Part shown: piece after piece, positions 38,590 to 52,433 of the stretch
Layout: each line of letters starts with the position of its first letter
How positions within the stretch are numbered: the stretch's first letter is position 1
Origin: Chloroflexota bacterium
GTDB taxonomy: Bacteria; Chloroflexota; Dormibacteria; CF-121
NCBI GenBank assembly: GCA_005880615.1
Contig: VBID01000114.1
Span: 471-64,470, forward strand
Direction of reading: 5' to 3'
DNA length: 64,000 nt
Program-made: the position numbers and the translations under genes
The notes under the pieces: generated by a model
What the model was told of the DNA's origin: nothing
The model's input: only the letters and a program-made list of their open reading frames with translations
Database searches by the model: none

Positions 38590-38917
38590 CGGCGAGGAGC
38601 TGGCCGAGGATCATCTCCGTGGCCTGGGCTACGGCATCCGCGGCCGGGACGTGCGGACGCCGATCGGACAGCTCGACCTGGTGGCCACGGATGGGCCCAC
38701 GCTCGTCTTCGTCGAGGTCAAGACGCGAGCCGGCGTTGGGTTCGGGTTGCCGGAGGAGGCCATCGCCGGACACAAGTCGCGCAAGCTGCGCCAGCTGGCC
38801 CAGTACTACCTCAAGCGCCATCCGCATGCCGGACCGGTGCGCTTCGACGTGGTCGGCATCATCGTGGAAGACGGCCGGGTGTCCCGGCTCACCCACATCA
38901 AGAACGCGCTGGATTAG
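38567..38917 (+). CDS. yraN: YraN (UPF0102) family protein
   Basis: GEELA, QLDLVA, LVFVEVKTR, RFDVVGI; GGAGG 9 nt before the TTG. Confidence 0.92.
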   Translation: MPTPLGTSGEELAEDHLRGLGYGIRGRDVRTPIGQLDLVATDGPTLVFVEVKTRAGVGFGLPEEAIAGHKSRKLRQLAQYYLKRHPHAGPVRFDVVGIIVEDGRVSRLTHIKNALD

Positions 38918-39541
38918 TTAGGTAGTCTCGCTTCGGCCATCCAACCGTGAGCCAGACGGCTGCGCGATCCGGTCGAGGACGCTGAGCACGCGGTCTAGGA
39001 GCAGGGCGGCGGCCTTCTGGTCATAATCGGGCAGGCTGTTGTCGGCGAACAGGTGTCGATTGCCGGGATACAGGAACAGCTCCGCGCTGGCGACCGTCTC
39101 GCTGAGCTGGCGGGCAGCGTCGAGGTCCTGGTTCGGTGGCAAGACCCACTCGTCGGCGTCCATCATGTGGATCTGGACCGGGACGCCCATCGGCCACGGC
39201 CGGCCGAACTCTGAGGTCGGAACGCAGCCGTGAAACAGCAGGGCTCCCTTCGCGCCGGGCCTTGTCTGGGTCAGCATCTGCGCGGGCAGGACCCCGAGCG
39301 AGAACCCGGCGTAGACCATGCGGTCGGGCAGGCCATTCGCAGCCAGGCGGCAGCGCTCGATAATCGTGTCGAAGCCAACTTCCTCGGCGTAGCGAACACC
39401 CTCGGTGAGGTCGGTGAAGATCTTGCCGTCGTAGAGATCCGGCGTGTGCACGACGTGTCCGGCGGCGCGCAGTCGCTCGGCGAAGGCGAGGCACCCCCGG
39501 GTCAGGCCGTGCGCGTGATGAAAGAGCAAAATCTCAGCCAC
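38918..39541 (-). CDS. Dienelactone hydrolase-family alpha/beta hydrolase
   Basis: LLFHHAHGLT, HTPDLYDG, GFSLG, YPGNRHLFAD; TAGAGT 7 nt before the GTG. Confidence 0.88.
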   Translation of the reverse strand: MAEILLFHHAHGLTRGCLAFAERLRAAGHVVHTPDLYDGKIFTDLTEGVRYAEEVGFDTIIERCRLAANGLPDRMVYAGFSLGVLPAQMLTQTRPGAKGALLFHGCVPTSEFGRPWPMGVPVQIHMMDADEWVLPPNQDLDAARQLSETVASAELFLYPGNRHLFADNSLPDYDQKAAALLLDRVLSVLDRIAQPSGSRLDGRSETT

Positions 39542-39604
39542 GTACAGCACTCTAACAACTCGGCTCCGTGGTGAATCGGCCGACTTCGAGACCGCCAAGC
39601 GGGC

Positions 39605-40231
39605 TTAGAGGGCTTGCCAGATCTCCAGGAACTGGTCGAGGATGCGCCCGGTGGCGCCCCAGATGATGTCGTCGTCGATGGTGAAGTAGTGCACGGTGAA
39701 GTGCAGGCCGTCGGCGACCCGGTCCTCGGTTCGGTGAACGGCCGGGTCCAGTAAGCGGCGCAGCGGGACCACCAGCAGGTTCTTGACCTCCAGTGGCGCC
39801 GGCGTCAGGGTAGCGGGGTCGATCCCCAGCGTCCCCACGATGGGGGTGATGACGAAGCCGCTGACCACGGTGGGGACATCGTCAAGCTGGCCAAGGACAT
39901 CGACCGCGGCCGGGTCCAGGCCGATCTCCTCGTAACTCTCGCGCAGGGCCGCCGCCACCGGCGAGCCGTCGCCCGGCTCCTGGGCGCCCCCAGGAAACGA
40001 GATCTGCCCCTTGTGGGTCAGAACCGTGTCGGTCCGCCGGGTGAAGAGCACCTCGACTCCACCGGGACGGGTGAGCAGGGGCACCAGCACCCCGGCCGCA
40101 GTCCAACGGCCGGTCTCGAGCGCGATCCGGTCGCGTTTGCCCAGCCGCTGTCGCAAGCGCTCGATCCGCTCGCGCTCGGCGACCGCGGCTACGTCCAGGC
40201 CTCGTGGGAGATGGGAATGGTGTGGCCGCAC
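39605..40231 (-). CDS. CoA pyrophosphatase-type Nudix hydrolase
   Basis: HKGQISFPGG, ALRESYEEIGL, IWGATG. Confidence 0.92.
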   Translation of the reverse strand: MRPHHSHLPRGLDVAAVAERERIERLRQRLGKRDRIALETGRWTAAGVLVPLLTRPGGVEVLFTRRTDTVLTHKGQISFPGGAQEPGDGSPVAAALRESYEEIGLDPAAVDVLGQLDDVPTVVSGFVITPIVGTLGIDPATLTPAPLEVKNLLVVPLRRLLDPAVHRTEDRVADGLHFTVHYFTIDDDIIWGATGRILDQFLEIWQAL

Positions 40232-40377
40232 TCCTTACAGACCCATCCTTGGCCGCGCCGGAGTACGGTCCGGCCGCCCGAGAGCCGGACCGTCTGATCG
40301 GGACCGTTCAGGCGCTCCCAGACCGGGATCCGCTTGCACTGCTCGCAGACGCGAGGTGGGGGATTCACACGCATCAT
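40189..40377 (-). CDS. 62-aa zinc-ribbon-like protein
   Basis: CEQC and CKECGH; ATGA overlap with the upstream gene. Confidence 0.7.
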   Translation of the reverse strand: MMRVNPPPRVCEQCKRIPVWERLNGPDQTVRLSGGRTVLRRGQGWVCKECGHTIPISHEAWT

Positions 40378-40925
40378 TCGATTATGCCCCGGGCTTGGCC
40401 ATCCAGGGCCCGTACGACACGGGCCGGGTTGCCGGCGACGATCACGTCGGGCGGGACATGGTCAAAGACGACGGCGTGGATGCCCACCACGGAGTTTCGG
40501 CCAATGCGCACACCCGGCATGATTCCAACCTGGCCGCCGACCCAAACGTTGTCCTCCAGCACGATCGGGTCGGCCGACCCGTCGGGCCGGCCGGGGGCGG
40601 GGTCGTGGTCGCGCAGGAAGCAGGAGCCCAGCACGCAGTCGGCGCCCACCTCGATGGCGGCGGCCGCCACCAGGGTGCAGCCGTTGAGGCGCGCGTGGCG
40701 GCCGATGCGGATCCGCGCCTTCGGCGTAGTGGTGATCAGCCGGTTGACTTCCGCGTGCGACCAGGCGTTGACGCCGGCTTCCAGGACGACCGTGCCCGGC
40801 CCGCGGATCTGTAGGCGGCCATTCCCGAGCAGGCCCGGCGCGATCTGTACCCGGCCGCCGGGCCGGCGGTAGGGGAGGGTGGTCAGCCAGCCCAGGCAGC
40901 GCGCGGCTGCGCCTTTCCAGTCCAC
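40374..40925 (-). CDS. Hexapeptide-repeat acyltransferase (paralog of 3085..3597)
   Basis: IVLEDNVWVGG, VPPDVIVAGNPARVV. Confidence 0.88.
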   Translation of the reverse strand: MDWKGAAARCLGWLTTLPYRRPGGRVQIAPGLLGNGRLQIRGPGTVVLEAGVNAWSHAEVNRLITTTPKARIRIGRHARLNGCTLVAAAAIEVGADCVLGSCFLRDHDPAPGRPDGSADPIVLEDNVWVGGQVGIMPGVRIGRNSVVGIHAVVFDHVPPDVIVAGNPARVVRALDGQARGIIE

Positions 40926-40985
40926 GTGGCCAGTCTAGTAGTGGTCCGCGAACATACACAAAATAGTGGTAGCATGGGCGGCACG

Positions 40986-42491
40986 GTGCTGGCTCGGGCG
41001 CTCTGCGGGACCCTATTCGGCCTGGACGGCGTGCGCATCGACGTCGAAGCTGATATCGGGCCCGGCCTGCCGGCCTTCCATATCGTGGGGTTGGCCGATC
41101 GAGCCCTGCAGGAGGCCCGGGAACGGGTGAAGATCGCGATCAACAACAGCGGGGTCGACTTCCCGGGCCAGAAGGTCACCGTCAACCTGGCTCCCGCCCA
41201 GCTTCCCAAAGAAGGATGCGGCTTCGACCTGGCCATCGCGGTCGCCATTCTAAGCGCGTCCGGGAAGGGCCACCTGCCGGACGGGGCGGCCTGGTTGGGG
41301 GAGCTCGGCCTGGATGGCTCCGTCCGGCGTGTTCGGGGCGTGCTGCCCATCGCGGCCCATCTGACCCGCAGCGGGGCGACCCAGTTCTACGTCCCGCGCG
41401 ACAACATGGCCGAGGCTCGGCTGGGCACGCCCCACCCCGTCCACGGCGTGCGCGACCTTCAGGAGCTGGTGGCCCACTGGGAGTCGGGGAACAGCCTGGC
41501 CGCCGACGCCCCGGCCCCGGGCGGATCAGTCGCCCCGCCCGAGCCGGCCTACGACCTGGCGGACGTGCGCGGCCAGGCCACCGCCCGGCGCGCCCTGGAA
41601 ATTGCGGCGGCCGGCGCCCACCACATCCTATTAATAGGTCCGCCGGGGGCGGGCAAGACCCTGCTGGCCCGTGCCCTGCCCAGCATCCTGCCGCCGCTGC
41701 CGCCGGCCGAGTCGCTGGAGGTGACGGCCATCGCCTCCTGCGTGGGCCTGCTCCCGCCGGGGAGCGGGCTGCTGGTGGAGCCACCCTTCCGGGCGCCCCA
41801 CCACAACATCTCGGCGGCCGGCCTGATCGGCGGGGGCGGGGCGGTCCCGCGGGCCGGCGAAATCACGAGAGCCCACCGGGGCGTCCTGTTCCTGGACGAG
41901 GTTACCGAGTTCCGACGGGATGCGCTCGAGGCCTTGCGCCAACCGCTGGAAGACGGCCGGGTGGCCGTGGCCAGGGTTGGCGGCCACGCCGTGTTTCCGG
42001 GCCGGTTCATCCTGGTGGCCGCCGCCAATCCGTGTGCCTGCGGTTTCGCAGGCGAGTCCGGGCGATGCCGTTGCACGCCCCTCGATCGGCAGCGGTACCA
42101 GGCCCGGCTCTCCGGGCCCATCCGGGATCGCATCGACCTGCAGGTCCTCGTTCCCCGGTTGCCGGCGGCCGAGCTGCTGGGAGCGTCCGCCGCGGCCGAG
42201 TCGAGTGCGGTGGTCCGCAGCCGGGTTCTTGCGGCCCGGGGGCGGCAGGAGGCCAGGCGACCGATCGGGCCCCTCAACGGCGCGCTCACCGGGGCGCAGC
42301 TGCGCCGGGATGCTCGGCTGGACGACCCCGGACACGCGTTGCTCGAGGCCGCCGCCGACCGACTGCACCTGACCGGGCGCGCCATCCATCGCGTGCTGCG
42401 GGTGGCCCGCACCATCGCCGACCTGGAGGGGGTGGAGAACGTGGACTCGACCCACCTGGCGGAAGCCCTCCAGTACCGCGATCCCGCATGA
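40986..42491 (+). CDS. yifB: YifB/ComM Mg-chelatase-like AAA+ ATPase
   Basis: VTVNLAPA, GPPGAGKT, PFRAPHH, FLDE, AANPCACG, SGPIRDRID; TAGCAT 10 nt before the GTG. Confidence 0.93.
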   Translation: MLARALCGTLFGLDGVRIDVEADIGPGLPAFHIVGLADRALQEARERVKIAINNSGVDFPGQKVTVNLAPAQLPKEGCGFDLAIAVAILSASGKGHLPDGAAWLGELGLDGSVRRVRGVLPIAAHLTRSGATQFYVPRDNMAEARLGTPHPVHGVRDLQELVAHWESGNSLAADAPAPGGSVAPPEPAYDLADVRGQATARRALEIAAAGAHHILLIGPPGAGKTLLARALPSILPPLPPAESLEVTAIASCVGLLPPGSGLLVEPPFRAPHHNISAAGLIGGGGAVPRAGEITRAHRGVLFLDEVTEFRRDALEALRQPLEDGRVAVARVGGHAVFPGRFILVAAANPCACGFAGESGRCRCTPLDRQRYQARLSGPIRDRIDLQVLVPRLPAAELLGASAAAESSAVVRSRVLAARGRQEARRPIGPLNGALTGAQLRRDARLDDPGHALLEAAADRLHLTGRAIHRVLRVARTIADLEGVENVDSTHLAEALQYRDPA

Positions 42492-43390
42492 CGACGCTGC
42501 AGGTCGGGGATGAAGGCTATCCCGCCTGCCTGCGCCAGATCCACGACCCGCCCGCCCGGCTGTTTGTCCAGGGACGGTTGCCGGCCGAGGAGATGATTGC
42601 CATCGTCGGGTCGCGGCGGGCCACGCCCTACGGGTTGCGGGTCGCCTATCGGCTGGCGGCCGACCTGAGCCAGTGCGGGGTGGTGGTGGTCAGCGGCCTG
42701 GCCCGCGGCGTCGACGCCGCCGCCCATCGCGGGGCGCTATCCGGTCCCACCCCTACCGTGGCGGTGATGGCCACTGGCCTGGACCGCATCTATCCACCCG
42801 AGCACGCGGACCTGGCCGCCCAGATTGCGCGCACCGGCGCGCTGGTGACGGAGGCGCCGGACGGGACGCCGCCCCTGCCCTCCCGCTTTCCGGTGCGCAA
42901 TCGGATCATCTGCGGTCTGAGCAAAGGGGTAGTGGTGGTCGAGGCGGCGGCGCGCAGTGGCGCGCTGATCACGGCCAACATGGCGGGCCGGGAAGGCCGC
43001 GAGGTGTTCGCGGTGCCGGGCAGCATCGAGAATCCACTGACCGAGGGGACGCACGCGCTGATAGACGATGGCGCCAAGCTGGTGCGCGATGTCGACGACA
43101 TCCTCGAAGAATTTCCAACCCTCGCGCGCGTACACGCGCGCGCGCGTACGTACGCGTCTGCGCGCGCAGACAGATACGCGCATGCGCGCGCGGATTCAGG
43201 ACCACAGGAGACGGCGCTTCGCGATGTTTGGGAATTGCTTGATCTGGATATTCCACGGCATCATGATGAGGTGGCCACCCAACTCGGGATCACGGCGGCG
43301 GAACTTAACCGTCGGATCACCGTGCTGGAAATGGGCAACTATATAATCGGCGACGCTGGCGGCCTGCGCCGTCGCGGCCCCGCATCCTGA
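42488..43390 (+). CDS. dprA: DNA-processing protein DprA
   Basis: LRQIHDPP, AIVGSRRAT, SGLARGVD, FPVRNRII, EAAARSGAL; C-terminal winged helix. Confidence 0.95.
   Translation: MTTLQVGDEGYPACLRQIHDPPARLFVQGRLPAEEMIAIVGSRRATPYGLRVAYRLAADLSQCGVVVVSGLARGVDAAAHRGALSGPTPTVAVMATGLDRIYPPEHADLAAQIARTGALVTEAPDGTPPLPSRFPVRNRIICGLSKGVVVVEAAARSGALITANMAGREGREVFAVPGSIENPLTEGTHALIDDGAKLVRDVDDILEEFPTLARVHARARTYASARADRYAHARADSGPQETALRDVWELLDLDIPRHHDEVATQLGITAAELNRRITVLEMGNYIIGDAGGLRRRGPAS
43123..43192. repeat. Alternating purine-pyrimidine / nested palindrome tract inside dprA
   Basis: Perfect alternation over 43123-43157 (35 nt) and 43175-43192; palindromes CGCGTACGTACGCG, TCTGCGCGCGCAGA, CGCGCATGCGCG. Confidence 0.85.
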
Positions 43391-43398
43391 ATCACACC

Positions 43399-45720
<2,322 letters not shown>

Positions 45721-45784
45721 GCCTCATCGGGCCGGTCGCCCATGAGTTTGAGTTCGCCGGAATTGGGCTATACTTCGCCGGAAA

Positions 45785-45866
45785 TACTGCACGCCTTCCG
45801 ACGGTAGGCCGAGGTGCCCGGGATACTGGGTTCGGCCGCCGGATGACGAGGGCGGAGGCGCAAACA
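45785..45866 (+). promoter_or_regulatory. rpsB 5' leader (t44/S2 autoregulatory RNA-like)
   Basis: CACGCCTTCC pairing with GGAGGCG; GGTGCC and ATGACGAGGGCGGAGG landmarks; TATACT upstream; AAGGAGG SD follows. Confidence 0.6.
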
Positions 45867-45881
45867 AGGAGGTCGTCCCCG

Positions 45882-46720
45882 ATGGCTCTCGTCACGCTCA
45901 AACAACTGCTCGAGGCTGGCGTCCACTTCGGCCATCAGACCAGCCGCTGGAATCCCAAGATGAAGCGCTACATCTTCACCGCGCGCAACGGGATCCACAT
46001 CATCGATCTCCAGCAGACGGTCAAGCTGCTGGACGAAGCCTGCAACTGGGTGAAGGATGTCGTCGGCGGCGGTCGGGTGGTGCTTTTCGTCGGGACCAAG
46101 AAGCAAGCCCAGGAATCGATCGAGCTGGAGGCCCGCCGCAGCGGCATGCCCTACGTCAACCACCGGTGGATGGGCGGCATGCTGACCAACTTCACCGTCA
46201 TCCGCAAGCAGATCGACCGGCTGAACGCGCTGCGGGCGATCCGCAACAACGGCGGCTTCACCGGGAGCAAGAAGCAGGTGACCAAGCTGGAGGACGAGCT
46301 CACCCGGCTGGAACGGTTCTTCGGGGGAATGGCCGACATGAAGAAGCTGCCCGGGGCCGTTTACGTCGTCGACCCGCGCAAGGAGCACATCGCGGTCACG
46401 GAGGCCCGCAAGCTGGGCATCCCCATCGTCGCCATCGTGGACTCCAACTGTGACCCGGATGAGATCGACAAGGTCATCCCCGGGAACGATGATGCCATCC
46501 GCGCCGTCAAGCTGATCACGAACAAAGTGGCGGACGCCTGCCTCGAAGCCCGCCAGCTAATTAGCCCCGAGGAACTAGTGGCTGTCCCTGAGGTGGAGGC
46601 GCCGGCGGCGATCTACCAGGCCGGCGAGGAAGAAGAGGAAGAAGAGGAGAAGGCCTTCGCCGGAATGCCCACGATCGACGAGGCGGAGTTCTACGAGGAC
46701 GAATCCCTGGACGATGAGAA

Positions 46721-46724
<4 letters not shown>
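45882..46724 (+). CDS. rpsB: 30S ribosomal protein S2
   Basis: [29 protein letters not shown]. Confidence 0.97.
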
Positions 46725-48674
<1,950 letters not shown>

Positions 48675-48689
48675 GCTGCACCAGTATCC

Positions 48690-49418
48690 ATGACTCCCCC
48701 GGTTCACATCGGCATCATCATGGACGGCAACAATCGCTGGGCTCGCCAGCGGCTGTTGCCCCGAGAGGCGGGGCACCGGGCGGGCGTGGAATCGATCCGG
48801 CGGGTGGCCGAGGCCTGCGAGACGGCCGGGGTGCGTGTGCTCACCGTGTACGGCTTCTCCACCGAGAACTGGGCCCGGCCGTCAGACGAAGTGGCGTTCC
48901 TGATGCAGCTCTTCGAGGAGACGATCCCCAGGGAGGTGCCCGAGCTGGCCGAGCGCGGCATCGAACTCCGCTTCTCGGGCAGGATTGAGGAGCTCTCGCC
49001 GTCGCTCCAGCAGCTGATGCGCGATGCCAACCTCAAGACCCGGGACAACGCGCACGCGGTGCTCAACATCGCGGTCAACTACGGTGGCCGGTCGGAGATA
49101 GTGGACGCCATCCGGGCGATGGCCCGCGCCGGCGCCGACCTGCGCACCCTGGATGAAGCCGCGGTGTCGGACTTCCTGTACACGCAGGGTCTCCCCGATC
49201 CCGACCTGATCATCCGAACCGCGGGCGAGATGCGGCTGAGCAATTTCCTGCTCTGGCAGAGTGCCTACGCGGAGTTCTACAGCACGCCCACCCTCTGGCC
49301 GGACTTCGGCGAGGCCGACCTGGAACAGGCGCTGGTGGCGTACCAGAGCCGGGTACGCCGATTTGGCGCTCGCCCGGAGGAGGAGGTGTCCCATCGAGCC
49401 CGCCAGGTCAACGGCTGA
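48690..49418 (+). CDS. uppS: Undecaprenyl diphosphate synthase
   Basis: HIGIIMDGNNRWA, FSTENW, RLSNFLLWQ. Confidence 0.96.
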   Translation: MTPPVHIGIIMDGNNRWARQRLLPREAGHRAGVESIRRVAEACETAGVRVLTVYGFSTENWARPSDEVAFLMQLFEETIPREVPELAERGIELRFSGRIEELSPSLQQLMRDANLKTRDNAHAVLNIAVNYGGRSEIVDAIRAMARAGADLRTLDEAAVSDFLYTQGLPDPDLIIRTAGEMRLSNFLLWQSAYAEFYSTPTLWPDFGEADLEQALVAYQSRVRRFGARPEEEVSHRARQVNG

Positions 49419-50253
49419 GGCGCCGTCGCCGGCCGGCCGGGCCAGCCTGCTCCCCCGGATCGGCAGCGCCGCCCTGCTGCTGGCCGCGGTCCTGGCCGCC
49501 CTGATTGCCGGGTCGGTCTGGGCCTACGCGGCGACCGCGGTGCTCCTGGGCGCGGCCCTCTTCGAGTATCGGCAGCTGACCCGGGCCCTCCAGGCGCCGG
49601 CGCCCTGGTGGCTGCTGTTCCCGCTCAGTTACGCGCTCTTGTTGCGCGACCGCTGGCCGGCGCCGGTGGACCTGGCGCTGTTGCTGGCCGCCGCCACGGT
49701 CATGGGACTGGGAGCCATGGTCTTCCTGCGCGACTGGAGCCAGAGCTTTTTCCGCTGGGCCCTGGCGATCGGAGGCAGCCTCTACCTGGGATTCCTCCTG
49801 AGCTACTACCTGGCGCTCTACTTCCTCCACCAGCCCGATCCGAACCACCTGGGCTTCGGCACCGTGATCTTCACCCTGGGGGCGGTCTTCGTGGGCGACA
49901 CGGCCGCCCTGCTGGCCGGGAGCCGGTTTGGCCGGCACCCATTCTTCCCCCGGATCAGCCCCAAGAAGACTGTGGAGGGCGCGGTCGCCGAGGTGATCGC
50001 CAGCATGCTCCTCTTCGGGCTGTTCTCACCGCTGGTCAATATCTGGTTCCCACACAACCTGATCCTGGGGCTGCTGATTGGGATCGTGGCCCAGGTCGGG
50101 GACCTGGTCGAATCGCAGCTCAAGCGCGCGGCCGGAGTGAAGGACGCCAGCCACTTGATCCCGGGCCACGGTGGCATCCTGGACCGGATCGATTCGGTGC
50201 TGCTGGTTGGCGTGGTGGTCTACTACTATCTGCGCGCCTTCCACCTGGGATGA
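49393..50253 (+). CDS. cdsA: Phosphatidate cytidylyltransferase (probable ATC start)
   Basis: GDTAAL, ISPKKTVEG, GDLVESQLKR, KDASHLIPGHGGILDRIDS; AGGAGGT 5 nt before the ATC. Confidence 0.92.
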   Translation: MEPARSTAEAPSPAGRASLLPRIGSAALLLAAVLAALIAGSVWAYAATAVLLGAALFEYRQLTRALQAPAPWWLLFPLSYALLLRDRWPAPVDLALLLAAATVMGLGAMVFLRDWSQSFFRWALAIGGSLYLGFLLSYYLALYFLHQPDPNHLGFGTVIFTLGAVFVGDTAALLAGSRFGRHPFFPRISPKKTVEGAVAEVIASMLLFGLFSPLVNIWFPHNLILGLLIGIVAQVGDLVESQLKRAAGVKDASHLIPGHGGILDRIDSVLLVGVVVYYYLRAFHLG

Positions 50254-51407
50254 CGCGCCCCAAGCGCCTGGCGCTGCTGGGAGCCACCGGCTCCATCGGC
50301 CGGCAGGTTTGCGAGATCGTCCAGCGCTACCCGGAGCGGTTCGCCCTGCATGCCATGGTGGCCGGACGAGACCGGGCGGCCCTACGCGACCTGGCGGCGG
50401 CGCATCCCAGCGCGCACACCCGGCTGGCGACGCCCGGCGACGGTGACCCAGAGGCGGCCGCGGCGGCCATCGATGAGCTCGTCCGGGACCCCGAGGTGGA
50501 TCTGGTGGTGGTGGCCATCGCCGGCAGCGCCGCCCTGCGGCCGACCCTGGCCGCCCTGGAGGCGGGCAAGGACGTCGCCCTGGCGACCAAGGAAGTGCTG
50601 GTCATGGCCGGGGACCTGGTCCGCCAGCGTATGCAGCGGCACCACTCCCGGCTGCTGCCCATCGACAGCGAGCACTCCGCCATCTGGCAGTGCCTGTGGG
50701 GCGAGCAGCGGGCGTCCGTACGCCGGCTGATCCTGACCGGGTCCGGCGGCCCCTTCTTGCGTCGCCCCCTGGAGACCCTGTCGGCGGCGACCGTCGACGA
50801 GGCGTTGCAGCACCCGCGCTGGAAGATGGGCCCCAAGATCACCGTCGACAGCGCGACCATGATGAACAAGGGGCTGGAGATGATCGAGGCGCACTACCTC
50901 TTCGATGTCGGGTACCCGGACATCGAGGTGGTCATCCACCCCGAGGCGGTGGTGCACTCCATGGTGGAGTTCGTGGACGGGAGCGTGAAGGCCCAGCTCG
51001 GGGTGCCCGATATGCGTCTGCCCATCGCCGTGGCCCTGGCCTATCCCGATCGGATCCCCGACATCGTCCCCCCGCCCGATCTGACGGCGATCAAGGCGCT
51101 CACCTTTGAGCCCGTTGATCCGCAGCGATTTCCGGCGCTGGCCCTGGCCCGTACGGCTGCCCAGCATGGGAGCGTGGCCACCGCGGTCCTCAATGCCGCC
51201 AACGAAGAGGCGGTGGCGGCCTTCCTCCGGGGGCGCTTGGGGTTCACCCGGATCGTCGCCACCGTCCAGGAGGCGGTGGCCCGGGAGCCTCGGTCGGTGG
51301 CCGAGGACCTGGAGGCGATCCTGGGGGCGGACCGGCGCGCCCGGCAGTTCGTTCGAAAGGTCAGCGGGGCCGATTCCGACATACTGGAACGGAGGCTCCC
51401 GGCATGA
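50250..51407 (+). CDS. dxr: DXP reductoisomerase
   Basis: [29 protein letters not shown]. Confidence 0.96.
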   Translation: MTRPKRLALLGATGSIGRQVCEIVQRYPERFALHAMVAGRDRAALRDLAAAHPSAHTRLATPGDGDPEAAAAAIDELVRDPEVDLVVVAIAGSAALRPTLAALEAGKDVALATKEVLVMAGDLVRQRMQRHHSRLLPIDSEHSAIWQCLWGEQRASVRRLILTGSGGPFLRRPLETLSAATVDEALQHPRWKMGPKITVDSATMMNKGLEMIEAHYLFDVGYPDIEVVIHPEAVVHSMVEFVDGSVKAQLGVPDMRLPIAVALAYPDRIPDIVPPPDLTAIKALTFEPVDPQRFPALALARTAAQHGSVATAVLNAANEEAVAAFLRGRLGFTRIVATVQEAVAREPRSVAEDLEAILGADRRARQFVRKVSGADSDILERRLPA

Positions 51408-52429
51408 ACCCAGTCCTGCTCGTCGTGGTCGTCGGCCTCGTATTCAGCTTGATCGTGGTGGTGCACGAGGCTGGCCACTTCCTGACGGCCAAGGCGGTGG
51501 GCATCAAGGTCGACCAGTTCAGCGTCGGCTTCGGCCCCCGGCTCTTTGGGGTCACCCGCGGCGAGACGACTTATGCCGTCCGCGCCCTGCCCCTGGGCGG
51601 GTTCGTGAAGCTGGCCGGCATGGATCCCTCAGAGCAGGCCGGGCCCCGCGGGTTCAACGCCCACCCACTCTGGCAGCGGCTGCTGGTCATCGTGGCCGGG
51701 CCGGTCCTGAATCTGGTGCTGCCGGTGGTCCTGTTCGCGGCCGTCTACGCCGTCGGATCGCCGGTCCAGGTGGTGAGCGTCGACAGCGGCACGCCCGCCC
51801 AGGCGGCCGGCGTCCAGGCGGGCGATGTCATCGTGGCCGTCAATGGCCACCGGGTGCAGCAGCAAAGCGACCTGCGCGCCGTGGTCACCGCCGCCGGCCA
51901 GGCCGGCGAGCCGGTGCAGTTGCAGGTGAGCCGGCACGGGCAGCTGCTGGCCTTCACCATAACGCCGATGAAGCGGGACCCGGGATACATCCTGGGCGTG
52001 CGGACCAGCCCCGGCGTCAAACAACTGTCGCCGCCCTACGCGGTCTCCCAATCGGTCACGGATACCGCCGGCCTAGTGGTCGGCACCTTCCAGGGCTTCT
52101 ACCGGCTGGCGACGGATAAGTCGCTGGGTGGCTTCTTCGGCCAGAATGGCATCCGCGGTCCGGTCGGCATCATGAAAACCACCGCCGATGAGGCTCGCGG
52201 CGGGCCGGTGCCCCTTACATTCTGGATTGGGTTCCTGAGCCTGAGCCTGGGGCTGATCAACATCCTGCCCTTCCCGGCGCTGGATGGCGGGCGGCTGGTG
52301 TTCCTGTTCTTGGAGGGCATCCGGGGCCGGCCGGTCGATCCGATGCGCGAACAGATGGTGCATTATGTCGGGCTGGCCATCCTGTTCGGGTTCATCGCGC
52401 TGGTAACCTTCAACGACGTGTTCAGGTGA
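51404..52429 (+). CDS. rseP: RIP metalloprotease with PDZ domain
   Basis: [23 protein letters not shown]. Confidence 0.93.
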   Translation: MNPVLLVVVVGLVFSLIVVVHEAGHFLTAKAVGIKVDQFSVGFGPRLFGVTRGETTYAVRALPLGGFVKLAGMDPSEQAGPRGFNAHPLWQRLLVIVAGPVLNLVLPVVLFAAVYAVGSPVQVVSVDSGTPAQAAGVQAGDVIVAVNGHRVQQQSDLRAVVTAAGQAGEPVQLQVSRHGQLLAFTITPMKRDPGYILGVRTSPGVKQLSPPYAVSQSVTDTAGLVVGTFQGFYRLATDKSLGGFFGQNGIRGPVGIMKTTADEARGGPVPLTFWIGFLSLSLGLINILPFPALDGGRLVFLFLEGIRGRPVDPMREQMVHYVGLAILFGFIALVTFNDVFR

Positions 52430-52433
52430 TGAC

